DNA of 63,749 bases, counting the filler, from Octopus bimaculoides (lineage: Eukaryota): the NCBI RefSeq assembly GCF_001194135.2. It is 7 parts of 6 records of this genome, joined end to end, with 100 filler letters (N's around TTAATTAATTAA, not from the genome) between each part and the next. Parts side by side here need not be neighbours in the genome. Positions count along the whole stretch, not along the records: positions 36,991 to 40,957 come from NC_069010.1; positions 41,058 to 49,012 come from NC_068983.1; positions 49,113 to 52,280 come from NC_068992.1; positions 52,381 to 62,569 come from NC_069002.1; 3 more parts are not named here. One strand, written 5' to 3'. Shown in pieces: positions 39,051 through 54,338 of this stretch. Each line of letters opens with the position of its first letter. Position 1 is the stretch's first letter. The position numbers were made by a program, and so were the translations under genes. The notes below the pieces were generated by a model. The model was not told the DNA's origin. It saw nothing but the letters and a program-made list of their open reading frames with translations, and did not search any database.

Positions 39051-39554
39051 GTACCTAGAATTATGTATAAGAGTTACACATTTCTGAAGAATCGGTAATG
39101 CAAATTATATTATGTAATTCATATTATACGACAGATAATCATTTTTAGTTAATGAGATGTGCGTAAGATGACGTGACTCAATATTTTATAAACAAACTCA
39201 CCTACTTTGTTTTGTTTTCTATCTTTCTGTTTGTCTGTCGGTCTCTCTGTTGTCTATCTCTGTGTGTGTGTGCACACAAATGCACACACACACATACATA
39301 CATAATACACACACACACACACACACACACACATGCATGCATTTGTGTCAACATTTTAGCAAGGAAAGATTTTTTAAAAAGTCTATTCGTTATTTGGCTT
39401 GTCAGGTCTTGAGTGAGCGGACATTGTTTACTTCCGGGACATTTTCGAATGAACGTTTGTTTGCTAACTTCCTGTTAATCAATCANNNNNNNNNNNNNNN
39501 NNNNNNNNNNNNNNNNNNNNNNNNNNAACTCTATAATTATTATTATCATCATCA

Positions 39555-39586
<32 letters not shown>

Positions 39587-39929
39587 TCATTTACGCACAA
39601 AAGATCAGACTGTTGGGAAAAATCCTAACATCAGGCTACAACAAGTAACCTTAGATGCCAAGAACCTTCCTATGTAGCTTAACTGTTCCTAATAACACTG
39701 TTTTCTGGAGCCGCTCAAAACTAGATTTTATGCCTATTTTTTTTTTATTATAATTATCATTTACTTTTAATCTGCGTGTTTGTTACAATCATTTTCCGAG
39801 ATACCCAGCGCCCAAGGGCGAGTGAAGGATAAGAGATGTTACAGTATGAGTGAAAGCTTGGGGAGAGCGAGTGGCAGGGGCAGTAACGAAATATCTTTAT
39901 GTAATACAACCCAGACATTTAAATAGAGC

Positions 39930-40957
<1,028 letters not shown>

Positions 40958-41084
40958 NNNNNNNNNNNNNNNNNNNNNNNNNNNNNNNNNNNNNNNNNNN
41001 NTTAATTAATTAANNNNNNNNNNNNNNNNNNNNNNNNNNNNNNNNNNNNNNNNNNNNTAATAAGAATATATATATATACTAATT

Positions 41085-41290
41085 ACGGAGGTGTACTTGC
41101 ATAGCAAGTGACCTGATCTGAGATCGTGTGCTGAAACAAAAACAACTGCAGTGTGGAAGGTGTTTATAAGTCATTTAAAAACACACAAAAACCGTAAGAT
41201 TCATTTCAGCATTTAAATTTATTTTCTCAAAATATTTTCGTCGCTTTGAAACCACGACCTGTTCACTGACAAAATTCCGTGTTGCAATAT
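41085..41290 (-). mobile_element. Short putative PLE-related element carrying a variant hammerhead
   Basis: ~200-bp block between TA-rich tracts containing the motif at 41222-41274; PLE link is inferred from the ribozyme type only. Confidence 0.45.
41222..41274 (-). ncRNA. Minimal type I hammerhead-like motif with G3:C8 core swap
   Basis: Minus strand: ttttgtca-GTGAACA-g-gtcgt(ggtttcaaa)gcgac-GAAA-atat-T-T-tgagaaaa. Stem I 7/8 bp, stem II 5 bp, palindromic AATATT stem III. Confidence 0.6.
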
Positions 41291-42450
41291 ACATATATAT
41301 ATATACAAACGTTTTGAGTTCTATTTTTCCCGCTTACATTAACAAACCTATCAATATATACACATGCATACATTTGTAAGCATGTGTATGTGTGTATACG
41401 TGCAAGCATACCGACGTACTTACATACATACATTCATACACGCCTACAAATAAAATTGAAAAAAACACATACACAGTGGAGCACACCACATATACACATC
41501 CTGCCGCTCTATGCCACTGACTACCGTAACGAAGCGAAGCAAAGCATAAATCCAACACTTCCTCTATAAGAAACCGAAAATATAATGGTGAACACACACA
41601 CACACGCACGCACGCACGCACGCACGCACGCGCGCACTCACAAAAGTTCGGAAGAAGGGGAAGCCTGACGGAATGGGGGTTTAGTGTTAATGAAATGAAA
41701 GGCTGGTTTCCTGGTTTCGCAGTTAATAAACTGATGTCTTGGCACTGATCCCCTTATGAAGGGAAAACTAATGGCTATTTAACCATGACCTCAATTACCA
41801 TCGAATGCCCCACGCCAATTAAATATTTCCGAACATAGATAGACACCCGAACATACGCGCGTACCACATACGCACATGCATATATACATACGTACATACA
41901 TACATACGCACATGCATATATACATACGTACATACATACATACGCACATGCATATATACATACNNNNNNNNNNNNNNNNNNNNNNNNNNNNNNNNNNNNN
42001 NNNNNNNNNNNNNNNNNNNNNNNNNNNNNNNNNNNNNNNNNNNNNNNNNNNNNNNNNNNNNNNNNNNNNNNNNNNNNNNNNNNNNNNNNNNNNNNNNNNN
42101 NNNNNNNNNNNNNNNNNNNNNNNNNNNNNNNNNNNNNNNNNNNNNNNNNNNNNNNNNNNNNNNNNNNNNNNNNNNNNNNNNNNNNNNNNNNNNNNNNNNN
42201 NNNNNNNNNNNNNNNNNNNNNNNNNNNNNNNNNNNNNNNNNNNNNNNNNNNNNNNNNNNNNNNNNNNNNNNNNNNNNNNNNNNNNNNNNNNNNNNNNNNN
42301 NNNNNNNNNNNNNNNNNNNNNNNNNNNNNNNNNNNNNNNNNNNNNNNNNNNNNNNNNNNNNNNNNNNNNNNNNNNNNNNNNNNNNNNNNNNNNNNNNNNN
42401 NNNNNNNNNNNNNNNNNNNNNNNNNNNNNNNNNNNNNNNNNNNNNNNNNN

Positions 42451-42503
<53 letters not shown>

Positions 42504-43297
42504 TATATATATACATATATATACATACATACATTCATATATATATACACATTTACATACACAAACTTATGTGCACTAACTCACCTTATTGTATTTGTGT
42601 GTGTATGTATGCATGTATGTTTATAGTTTTGTTTGTATGTATATATGTTCTCTTCGAGTTTTAATTATATTAATTCTTCCTGTAAAGGACCTGCTTTCTA
42701 ACAAAAATTACAAAGTTCCATCGTTGGAATGTAGATAACAAGAACAGTGTCATATGCTGAATTTGAGAAAAATGTTACATATTATTATTGTTTCACTTAT
42801 AGATATTTGTAACGTGAAAGGTGGGCGTTTTCTTTTTCTGAAAACTTTAACTTATCCTTATTGTCACTTTGGCATTTACTCACAAAATTGTGAAATTATA
42901 ATTTAGGTATAAAAATGCAGATGTTAGTAGTTATCTCCTTCCTCGTTGATTTTCAAAGAGATATTCTCATTAATAGGACAACTGAATTCTATGATGGTAC
43001 ATAACACTTTCGTTTCTGTCCCAAACTGCATTATCTGGCCTGTTGCGTTTGCACTTGACAGCAGTTTTGATGGGATGTTCCCCTAATATTCCTTGTATGT
43101 ATGTATATATGCATGTATGTATGTATGTATGTATGTATGTATGTATGTATGTATGTATGTATGCATGCATACTTGTATGTATATTCACATATACACACCC
43201 CACGTACACCACAGACACTCAAACATATATATAGACGCAGTCAATCGAATATTTTTATCAATTCGAGTTTATCTTTACACTACCAGCAAAGCATCAT

Positions 43298-43346
<49 letters not shown>

Positions 43347-44858
43347 NNNNNNNNNNNNNNNNNNNNNNNNNNNNNNNNNNNNNNNNNNNNNNNNNNNNNN
43401 NNNNNNNNNNNNNNNNNNNNNNNNNNNNNNNNNNNNNNNNNNNNNNNNNNNNNNNNNNNNNNNNNNNNNNNNNNNNNNNNNNNNNNNNNNNNNNNNNNNN
43501 NNNNNNNNNNNNNNNNNNNNNNNNNNNNNNNNNNNNNNNNNNNNNNNNNNNTATATATATATATATATATCGAGCAGTATATTACTGGTTATGGTATATA
43601 ACGGGGCAGAATATTATTCCGGTTTTGCGTCGGCTATTACGCTTTGCAATAATGCTGGAAATACATAATCTGTATTACGCTGGAGATCCTGGTGGTCGCT
43701 GGTAACAAGAACCGAAACGAAACAAAGTGAAATGCTATAACATATTTCGGGATGAAAAGAAGAATTATTTCCCATGGTGTGATGTTAGCCATGGTTGAAG
43801 CGTGCCAGTTGTGAATGTGCACAGATATATCGTTCCCTTGTCCAAAAATGGACAAGACCATTTTGACAAAATTAATTTCTGCTCATGAATATTTCATATT
43901 TTGATGTCATGGAAGCACCCGGATCGTGTGAATTGTTTAGAATGAGTCTTCTCTCCGCCAAACATAGTTTGCAGCGTCTACTTCCATTTAGGTATGACCT
44001 CTTAAGACCTACTTCTATTTAGAAAAGATGCACACCTTTTTCTCTCCTTCCTTAACTCGTTCCCTCTCATTTTCTCTTTCACTCTGTCCGTTTGTCTTTC
44101 TCTCTTTCCCTCTCTCTCTCCCTCTGGTTAACATATGTTATTCGTGCATGGAAAGTATACACCATATCTTAAACTAAAATACACGTGAGATTTAATAAGA
44201 CAGCTCTAGATTGACACAATGTGACACACACGTACACAACCCATACGCACACGTGCGCTCACACATGCACATACATATATATATATTAAAATATGTATAT
44301 ATTTATATATATATATATATATATATATTCATATACACATACATAAGTGCATACAAACATACAAAGGGATATGTTGAAACGGGTTTAACATCGATAACAT
44401 AAAACGTGCCAAAACTAATACCGTGTGCTCGCGTGTATGTGTACGTGTGTGTGTGTGTGTGTGTGAGTGAGAGTGTGTGTATGTATGTGTGTATGTTTGG
44501 GTGTAGTGTGTATTTGTGCGCGTTTGACAAAGCGCAAGGGAGACTGAGAAAATCAGGAGAGAAAGCCAACTAGAGGTTCCCACAAAGCAGGTATAGATGG
44601 ATCAATATGATTTCGTATCGAAATAAGACAAATAATTAAGACAGATCAGAGAAAGTGTTCAACTGGTGACATATCCAGCTGTTTTATTGTATCCTTTTAG
44701 GTTAAACTCTCTACCAACTCCACCGTGTTGTCATATGAGTCTTATATACAATTGTTAAGGCCGGAAGTCGACTTTACAACCTAAAATTGCTTTCATTTAT
44801 TTATTTAGTGTGACATACATGTAATAATCTTCACTTATAATTTATATATATATAAATG

Positions 44859-44905
<47 letters not shown>

Positions 44906-47520
44906 TATGGATATGTGTGTGTATGTGTGTGTGTGTGCGCGTATAAAGGTAAGATCCAAGAATCAAGGCGTAGGAAGTTAGTGTGTTTCAAGTAACCCCT
45001 AGAAGATTGCTTTGAAACATATGTAGTCTGGATTTTATCTACTCCATTCCATAATTATTGAATATATCGATCTATCTATGTATATGTATGTATGTGTGTG
45101 TGTGTGTATGTATGTATATATATACGTGCACGTACATATATCGTGTGTGTATGTTCTCATATGAATACATGTATAATATATATACGCATACATACCATAA
45201 CTTACTGATGCTGAATATGAAGGCTATCCTCTTGTTTTATCTAAAAATAATCGAGGACCCTTTTATGTGGTTGCACGATATGACAAAAATACCAGCTAAA
45301 TCTCACTGGTATAACATTGATTAATCTGCAAAAGGCGACGGAAAAGGCACACAGGGAAATGAAATCTTTTGACACTATGTCAAAAGATTACGAATGAAGT
45401 GGCTTTTATAAATGAATAACAATAATATATGAAAACGTATGTATGTATGTATATAGATCGNNNNNNNNNNNNNNNNNNNNNNNNNNNNNNNNNNNNNNNN
45501 NNNNNNNNNNNNNNNNNNNNNNNNNNNNNNNNNNNNNNNNNNNNNNNNNNNNNNNNNNNNNNNNNNNNNNNNNNNNNNNNNNNNNNNNNNNNNNNNNNNN
45601 NNNNNNNNNNNNNNNNNNNNNNNNNNNNNNNNNNNNNNNNNNNNNNNNNNNNNNNNNNNNNNNNNNNNNNNNNNNNNNNNNNNNNNNNNNNNNNNNNNNN
45701 NNNNNNNNNNNNNNNNNNNNNNNNNNNNNNNNNNNNNNNATATATATATACATATATACAAACATACGTAACGTACATGTTTGTGAGAGTGTGTATACAT
45801 ACACACACTTATTTGTACATACATACATGCATACATACATACATACATACGTACATACATATACTTATTTGTACATACAAACATACATCATCATCAGCAT
45901 CATCATGATCCTCATCATTTAGCGTCCGTTTTCCATGCTGGCATGGGTTGGACGGTTTGATTGAAAACTACTGGTAAACTGTACACACACACACACACAC
46001 ACACACATGTATGTATGTATGTATGTATGTATGTATGGATGTATGGATGGATGGATGGATGGATGGATGGATGGATAGAGTGATGGATAGATGGATGGAT
46101 GAATATATATATACATATATATATCTATGTATGTATCTATATATATATATATATATGTNNNNNNNNNNNNNNNNNNNNNNNNNNNNNNNNNNNNNNNNNN
46201 NNNNNNNNNNNNNNNNNNNNNNNNNNNNNNNNNNNNNNNNNNNNNNNNNNNNNNNNNNNNNNNNNNNNNNNNNNNNNNNNNNNNNNNNNNNNNNNNNNNN
46301 NNNNNNNNNNNNNNNNNNNNNNNNNNNNNNNNNNNNNNNNNNNNNNNNNNNNNNNNNNNNNNNNNNNNNNNNNNNNNNNNNNNNNNNNNNNNNNNNNNNN
46401 NNNNNNNNNNNNNNNNNNNNNNNNNNNNNNNNNNNNNNNNNNNNNNNNNNNNNNNNNNNNNNNNNNNNNNNNNNNNNNNNNNNNNNNNNNNNNNNNNNNN
46501 NNNNNNNNNNNNNNNNNNNNTTTGTATATACATATATCTATCTAGGTAGGTAGGTAAGTAGGTAAGTAGGTAGGTAGGTAGGTAGGTAGGTATAAGAATA
46601 CTCATGTGTGTGTGATATATACTGCTGGCCTTGTGCCACACACGTACCACAATGTGAAACTAATACACAACAATACTGTACTTAAAGTGTGAGTGACCTT
46701 GAATTACGGGCAAGTGCCAGCGATAAATATGCATACATATACACGCACAGTTACATAATACATATATACATACATACATATACTCTTTTTCTGTCTGTCT
46801 CTTTCTCTCTCAATACACACATACGCACACATATATATATGTATGTACGTATAAACATAAACACACCTATATAGGTCGTTGACTTGATATCTATATATAT
46901 TTTTGTGCATGCGCGCGTTTGAGTGTGTACGTTCATGTATGTGTGTGTGTGCATGTGTGTGTACCTGTGTAGGAATGTATGTAACTATGTATGTGTGCTT
47001 ACAAATACATAGATATTGTATGTGTCTGTGTCTCTATGTGTAATAGAGAACACCCCTCATTAGATTTTTACCTTTACATCTTAAATATTATCAATGTCGT
47101 ACACGCCTCCGAAAATATAACATGTAATTTGCAATATATTTTTCAGCATGCTTTTAAATTTTGTTTTTCTTAAAAATTATAACCATTTTGCTTGAATAAA
47201 TGTATATGGCGAGTAAACTTTCATAAATATAGTGTAAAATCTATACAGAGGTTCTAATGGTGGGGGTACTTTTTGGCCTCCTCCCTACTTTTTGAGAATC
47301 TATATATGTATGTATACAATGTGAAAATAAAAAGCATTCGAACAAGAAATTAAGGAAATAATTGTTATTCAGGAATAATTATTTTTCAAACAACACTATA
47401 ACTCTATAGTTCAAACGATTAACCTATCTGCACATCACGAATGCAGAGAATATTCTAAGAATATATGATCTTTTACACACACACACACGCATACAGATAA
47501 GGCGGTATATATACATGTAT

Positions 47521-47569
<49 letters not shown>

Positions 47570-48208
47570 TAAAGTAAATGTTAGAGGTAATACTTGACAA
47601 TTGTAAGCACCAGTGTATGCCAGCTTGTGGTTGAGGTGAAAGAATAATTTGTAAATGCAAAAATAAAAACAAAAACACAAAGGATTCTGCGGTACACNNN
47701 NNNNNNNNNNNNNNNNNNNNNNNNNNNNNNNNNNNNNNNNNNNNNNNNNNNNNNNNNNNNNNNNNNNNNNNNNNNNNNNNNNNNNNNNNNNNNNNNNNNN
47801 NNNNNNNNNNNNNNNNNNNNNNNNNNNNNNNNNNNNNNNNNNNNNNNNNNNNNNNNNNNNNNNNNNNNNNNNNNNNNNNNNNNNNNNNNNNNNNNNNNNN
47901 NNNNNNNNNNNNNNNNNNNNNNNNNNNNNNNNNNNNNNNNNNNNNNNNNNNNNNNNNNNNNNNNNNNNNNNNNNNNNNNNNNNNNNNNNNNNNNNNNNNN
48001 NNNNNNNNNNNNNNNNNNNNNNNNNNNNNNNNNNNNNNNNNNNNNNNNNNNNNNNNNNNNNNNNNNNNNNNNNNNNNNNNNNNNNNNNNNNNNNNNNNNN
48101 NNNNNNNNNNNNNNNNNNNNNNNNNNNNNNNNNNNNNNNNNNNNNNNNNNNNNNNNNNNNNNNNNNNNNNNNNNNNNNNNNNNNNNNNNNNNNNNNNNNN
48201 NNNNNNNN

Positions 48209-48229
<21 letters not shown>

Positions 48230-48241
<12 letters not shown>

Positions 48242-48390
48242 CAACGGGCTTTTTTTCAGTTTCCGTTTTCCACATCCACTCACAAGGCTTTGGTTGGCTA
48301 GAGGCTATAGTGGAAGACACTTGCCCCCTAGGTGTCACGGAGTGAAACTGAACCCAACCATGTGGTTAGGAAGAAAGCTTCTTACTACAC
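48230..48390 (-). mobile_element. SINE family B 5' half
   Basis: ACAACGGGCTTTTTTTCAGTTTCCG...CACTCACAAGGCTTTGG...GAACCCAACCATGTGG; TA tract continues into gap. Confidence 0.8.
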
Positions 48391-49112
48391 ACAGATAGAC
48401 AGACACATACATATGGATTGATCTCCGTCGTTTTCATTGAGGATTCAGCAGTTCGATCAGCTGAGTTACCTGAATTAACATGTTAGTGGCTGAATCGACA
48501 ACAGACACTTGTACGTTCAAGGTAAATTTCAGGCAGAATCAGCGTCACACACTACGTGACAAGAACGTAGATTAGATTTACAGGTAACAATCAATCCGAC
48601 GTTTACCTAAACAGTCGCCACTGACACAGTCTTACTCATAATATATGAAGCGAACTTCATAAACATATATATTCGTATACATAAGCTTCTAAGTCTACAC
48701 CTATCGATTGTATGCGGGTGTGTGTATGTGTGTGTGTGTGTATGTGTGTGTGTGTGTGTGTGTGTGTTTGAATATACATGTACAAATATATGCGTATATA
48801 TTTAGATGGAAAGACAAAAAGATAAATATGCACGCACATGTCTTTAAATATATATACACAAGTATACACACGCATATCTATATGTATATATATATTTATG
48901 CATATATGAATTTATTCCAATATACGAGGGGTGTATGAAAAGTCTTGGGCCTCAAAAAAAAAAAAAAACATGGTACAAGACTTCTGATGAAGGTACAAAA
49001 CTTTTCATGCATNNNNNNNNNNNNNNNNNNNNNNNNNNNNNNNNNNNNNNNNNNNNTTAATTAATTAANNNNNNNNNNNNNNNNNNNNNNNNNNNNNNNN
49101 NNNNNNNNNNNN

Positions 49113-49498
49113 AGCCACAAAACACGAGCAAAACGAAAAACTGTTTTCAGTATTTAAGGAAGCTGACAAATACAAACAAGAAATCAATCTACCTAACAAA
49201 TACGAAGAAGAAGAAGAAGAAGAAGAAGAAGAAGAAGAAGAAGAAGAAGAAGAAGAAGAAGAAGAAGAAGAAGAAGAAGAAGAAGAAGAAGAAGAAACAA
49301 AAGCTATAAAACATATGAAATCCAAACTAAGACTAGAACAACAACGGACCATGATAAAACGATGGCAAGAAAAGCCCCTACATGGTAAATACTGGGCTAA
49401 ACTAAATGCGAAAGAAATATACAGAGAAAAATCCCAGCAATGGCTGAGAAGCTCAGGACTCAAAGCAGAGACTGAAGGATTTTTAATTGCGACTCAAG
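49113..49498 (+). mobile_element. R4/Dong-like LINE fragment with in-frame (GAA)31
   Basis: Open frame HEQNEKLFSVFKEADKYKQEINLPNKY-E31-TKAIKHMKSKLRLEQQRTMIKRWQEKPLHGKYW...WLRSSGLKAETEGFLIATQ. Confidence 0.85.
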
Positions 49499-49499
49499 C

Positions 49500-51209
49500 A
49501 GGCAACCAGATTTCTTGGGACGTCACTCTTTAGTGTAAGTGGATAGGGTGGTGTTTAGCCGAGAGGGAGTGTGAAAGCCTCACAAACTTCCTCAGCCGCT
49601 TTTAGGTCCATAATTCCTCTGACAGATACCAACTGAATTTCCTGAATGTGCCAATGTGGACATGGGCTAACAGCACCGGGTCTTCCAGATCGTATCTAGA
49701 TAAGATATTCTGTGGGCCAGTTTCGATCCCGTTTTCAATGACTGGATTGCGGCAATGTACAGCGACTTCTTTTTGGTGGTCAAAGTAAACGGCCACCTAT
49801 CGGAATCGCTTAGCATCGTTCGTTCGATTCGTCAAGGATCCCCACTCTCACCTCTTTTGTATTCTAGCTCTCGAGCCATTACTAAGGAAGTGAGATATTT
49901 CGAGGGACATCCCGCATGATCTAGAATGCTGAAGGTTCGTGTCAGCTTATGCGGATGATGTCACTGTAATAGTGTCAAACATCTCAGAAATTAGGGTGAT
50001 CGGGAGTAGGAAGCGGTGACAGGAGCAAATATTAATCAGATGGTCTGCAACTTGGCACCTGGAGAAAGAGGTTCATGCCAACCGAGAGCATAGTAGGGTG
50101 CTAAACGGAAGGACCGGAAAATTGTCTGGGCTCTGGTTTGGTCCTGCTTGCAAGTGGACAAGAACTGGGAGGAGGTGACGAGAAGGGTGACCAGTCTCCC
50201 TCAGAAATGAGCAGAAAGGAAGCTGTTCCTGAAGGGTCGGGTGGAGGTGGCGAATGCGTACATCGCTTCCGTCATCTACTACCACATGACTTTCGTCCCT
50301 TGCTCTGCTTCGTGGCTGATCAAACAGGAGCGTTTGCTTTTCTAATCTCTGTGGAAGGAACATGTTCCACTCGTCAGATGATCCATCTGCTGTCGACAGC
50401 CGCTGATTGGAGGATTGGGCATGCCGTGGCTAATGATCATGTAGACACGTGCTGAGGCTGTGACATCACCATTTTCTTAACGATGAGCGGTGTGATCACC
50501 GTTTGTCAGACAAGATTTTCTGCAGCCGGTCTCATTGCTGGAGCTACACTCCTGGATCAAACGAAGACCAAGAAAGGGCGCTTGGCAACTGGAGTGTCGA
50601 CAAGCGCTCACAGCTTTCTGCCAGTCCGGTAACACAGTCGGTGGAAGTTCCTCTGTGGAGTTCAATAGCGAATTAGGGGCGGGCAAGAGCAATGACGGGG
50701 TAACTCTGGACGTCGGGAAGAATCAATTAACTGGTATTTTCTGGGGCGCTCTGTCGTTTCGAGACAAGCTCTACAGACACGGGAATACTACTGTAAGACG
50801 GACCTGTCCCAGGTGTGCACTAGGCGACGAAACCGTCCTGCATACACTCGTCCAGTGTCCGGAAATTACTGACTTGGGGAGATTCGTCGAACAGCTGTTG
50901 AGACGTTATCAGCCGAGTCCATTGTGAAGATTGTTCCACTTTCTTTTGGACGGGAAGAAAAAGCTGTTTTCCTCTGACTGGTGGCTATGGTAGAGTTTGT
51001 GTGGTAGACGAGATTGTAAGGACTGAAGACAGATAATTTCCTCTTCGACCAAGCCCTCATCGACTTTTTCAAGTTCACTTGAAAAAGAAAGTGAAGGTGA
51101 AGAGGGAAATTCTGTCCCACCCCACCCCGCCAGTAATTATGTTGAAATGTGGGTGAATGTGGCGAGGATGGTCCGTGTGAATGGGCCAACTCTAAACATT
51201 CGCTTGTAA
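49500..51209 (+). mobile_element. Degraded Tx1/L1-like LINE ORF2 (RT to zinc-binding C-terminus); 3' UTR probably continues to ~51650
   Basis: ILALEPLLRK, VSAYADDVTVIVS, GLQLGTW, ALSFRDKLYRHG..VRRTCPRCALGDETVLHTLVQCP; many stops and frameshifts. Confidence 0.88.
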
Positions 51210-51817
51210 ACTGGAAGAATTGAGGAGAGAGGCGCCTGTTGTGGTGCACCAGGCGGTCGGAGTAACCAGGATGTGTGGGGTTCCTCGGTTGTCTCCACTT
51301 TTTGAGGAATTGTTATTATTTAATTTTATTAGCTGTTATTGCAATTTATTGTATATTCGACATTGTTCCGAACCCCACTTGTCCCTCTTTCTCTCTTCTC
51401 CCACTACCACGTGATCCGTGACCATCTAAACCTCTCTCATCCTTTTTTCGCTTTGCCATTGACCAGGTCGGTCACGCTTCTTTGTGCTCCTACACTTTTT
51501 TCATACACGGTTTATTTGCTTCTTCCTTCGCTCTGACTTTCTATCTGCCCCTCTCACGTCTCTAGTCCTACTGGACATTTTCATTTTCCTTTGCTTTACC
51601 CCCATATTCATCTGTCAGCCGCACGGCTTCTTTTTTGTTGGGTTTTTTTTTTTTTGCATATGTATAATTATTGTAATTATTTTATTTTGACGAGTTTGTT
51701 TTCGTCATTGTCCTGTATTATTCCCAGTGACTTTTTACTAGCGACCGAAAGTAAACGATATCAACGAAGTCGCGAAATTATAAGGATTTTTTGGACGTTG
51801 ACGAATGAGGAAATATC

Positions 51818-51890
51818 TACGAATTTTCTGTTTTTGTTAAATTTTCTGTTTCTGTTAAATTTTCTGTTTCTGTTAAATTTTCTGTTTGCT
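51818..51890. repeat. 18-bp tandem repeat x4 (AATTTTCTGTTTCTGTTA)
   Basis: Direct reading; gives the NFLFLL repeat in the ORF track. Confidence 0.85.
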
Positions 51891-52158
51891 GCGTTTTCGT
51901 TAAATCTTTAAAATATTATTTATGTTATGCTACGCACTCCTTATTTTTTTAACCAGATATTGGTATATACATCGATATACACTCACAAACACCCACACAC
52001 ACATACACATGCACACACTTATGCATGCATAATGTAAACAGTATGATCCAAGCTGGTCTTTGTCAGCAATTAGTGAAGAAGAAGAAGAAGAAGAAGAAGA
52101 AGAAGAAGAAGAAGAAGAAGAAGAAGAAGAAGAAGAACAACAACAACAACAACAACAA

Positions 52159-52199
<41 letters not shown>

Positions 52200-52389
52200 A
52201 CAACAACAAACTAAAGTAGTCAAACAATGCAGAGAGACATTGCATGATGACCATCCACAAGTGTTTCCACAATGACAACCNNNNNNNNNNNNNNNNNNNN
52301 NNNNNNNNNNNNNNNNNNNNNNNNTTAATTAATTAANNNNNNNNNNNNNNNNNNNNNNNNNNNNNNNNNNNNNNNNNNNNATATATATA

Positions 52390-52421
<32 letters not shown>

Positions 52422-54235
52422 CGTCTCTCTCTATATATATATATGTATATATGTTTATTTATTTACACACATATAGTTGTGTAACTATATATATCTATGA
52501 GGGTGTTAACGCACATACAGACACACAGACACACGCACAGACATACGCGCGCATACATACACATATACATACACACATACACATATACATACACACATAC
52601 ACATACGTAGATAGAAAAATATATAACGGCAGTTAATTGCTGGCGAAGCTGAGTTTGCATTTTAACCGCGTAACATTCTTACCAAGATTGAAGGATTAGC
52701 CAAATAAAAACATGGTTATGGGTGTGGATTATCTTAATTGGTAGAACATTGGACAAAAATTACCTATCGTTATTTAGTAAAATCAGATAAAACTCAGACT
52801 TGTATTTCAGCCAAAATTGACTGCGGGCATTTCTGATAATAGGTATGTCTCAGAGAATCTCTTTGTCAAAATTTGTGGAATTGTGGATCATTCAAACAGA
52901 GGGTTGCTGTTCACTGATGTGTTATGCAAGTGTTAAATGTTTGTGAGTTCAAATCACGCCAAGACCAAATTTGTTATTTATCCAGATATTTTTTGATCTT
53001 GTGCGAGGTAGAAATCATGTGTGCCGCTAGGTGGTCACGTGAACTGCTAAAAACGGAAATCAAATATCGCACAAAAATCCTGGCACCAAGGTAATAAAAG
53101 GATACATTATACAATTCTGTGATATGGAATACTTGTGGAACAGGTTTGATCGTATAACTCATCGTATAATTGCTTGGTCAGTGTGGATAGTGTTGACCAA
53201 GTGCTATACGACTATCGTCTCACTTTGTAATGAGGTCTATTAACAGATCAAAACCATAGAAAAGCATAAAAGACCAAAAAAAAAAAAGCAATTAATGCAA
53301 CATTAGCCGGAATTTAAACCTCAATTCTATCCCAATTAAAACTGTTTTTGGTAGACACCATTTCATTTCCCCTCAGAAAACTGTTTACACACACACACAC
53401 ANNNNNNNNNNNNNNNNNNNNNNNNNNNNNNNNNNNNNNNNNNNNNNNNNNNNNNNNNNNNNNNNNNNNNNNNNNNNNNNNNNNNNNNNNNNNNNNNNNN
53501 NNNNNNNNNNNNNNNNNNNNNNNNNNNNNNNNNNNNNNNNNNNNNNNNNNNNNNNNNNNNNNNNNNNNNNNNNNNNNNNNNNNNNNNNNNNNNNNNNNNN
53601 NNNNNNNNNNNNNNNNNNNNNNNNNNNNNNNNNNNNNNNNNNNNNNNNNNNNNNNNNNNNNNNNNNNNNNNNNNNNNNNNNNNNNNNNNNNNNNNNNNNN
53701 NNNNNNNNNNNNNNNNNNNNNNNNNNNNNNNNNNNNNNNNNNNNNNNNNNNNNNNNNNNNNNNNNNNNNNNNNNNNNNNNNNNNNNNNNNNNNNNNNNNN
53801 NNNNNNNNNNNNNNNNNNNNNNNNNNNNNNNNNNNNNNNNNNNNNNNNNNNNNNNNNNNNNNNNNNNNNNNNNNNNNNNNNNATATATATATATATATAT
53901 ATATACGAAGTTATTTTTCAGTTTACACTTTAATTTTACACAATAACAACTCCACCCCAACCCCCACTCCAAACCAGAAACAAACCAGAAACAAACAGAA
54001 ACAAACCAGAACCCGAAAATTGATTCTGTATAAATCTCTAAACGCTGCCTAATTAATTCCCGTGAACGCAAAATATATTTTTAATGAAATATGTAGTAAT
54101 GTTATATATTTGTGATCGACGACTTCACAAGCAAAACTCTTCTCTCCCGCTATTGTCTCTTTATAATGAATTTACTAAAGGTTAAATGTACTTTTCGTTG
54201 CTCAGGTCGCAACAGAACTTCTACTGCTACTACTA

Positions 54236-54338
<103 letters not shown>

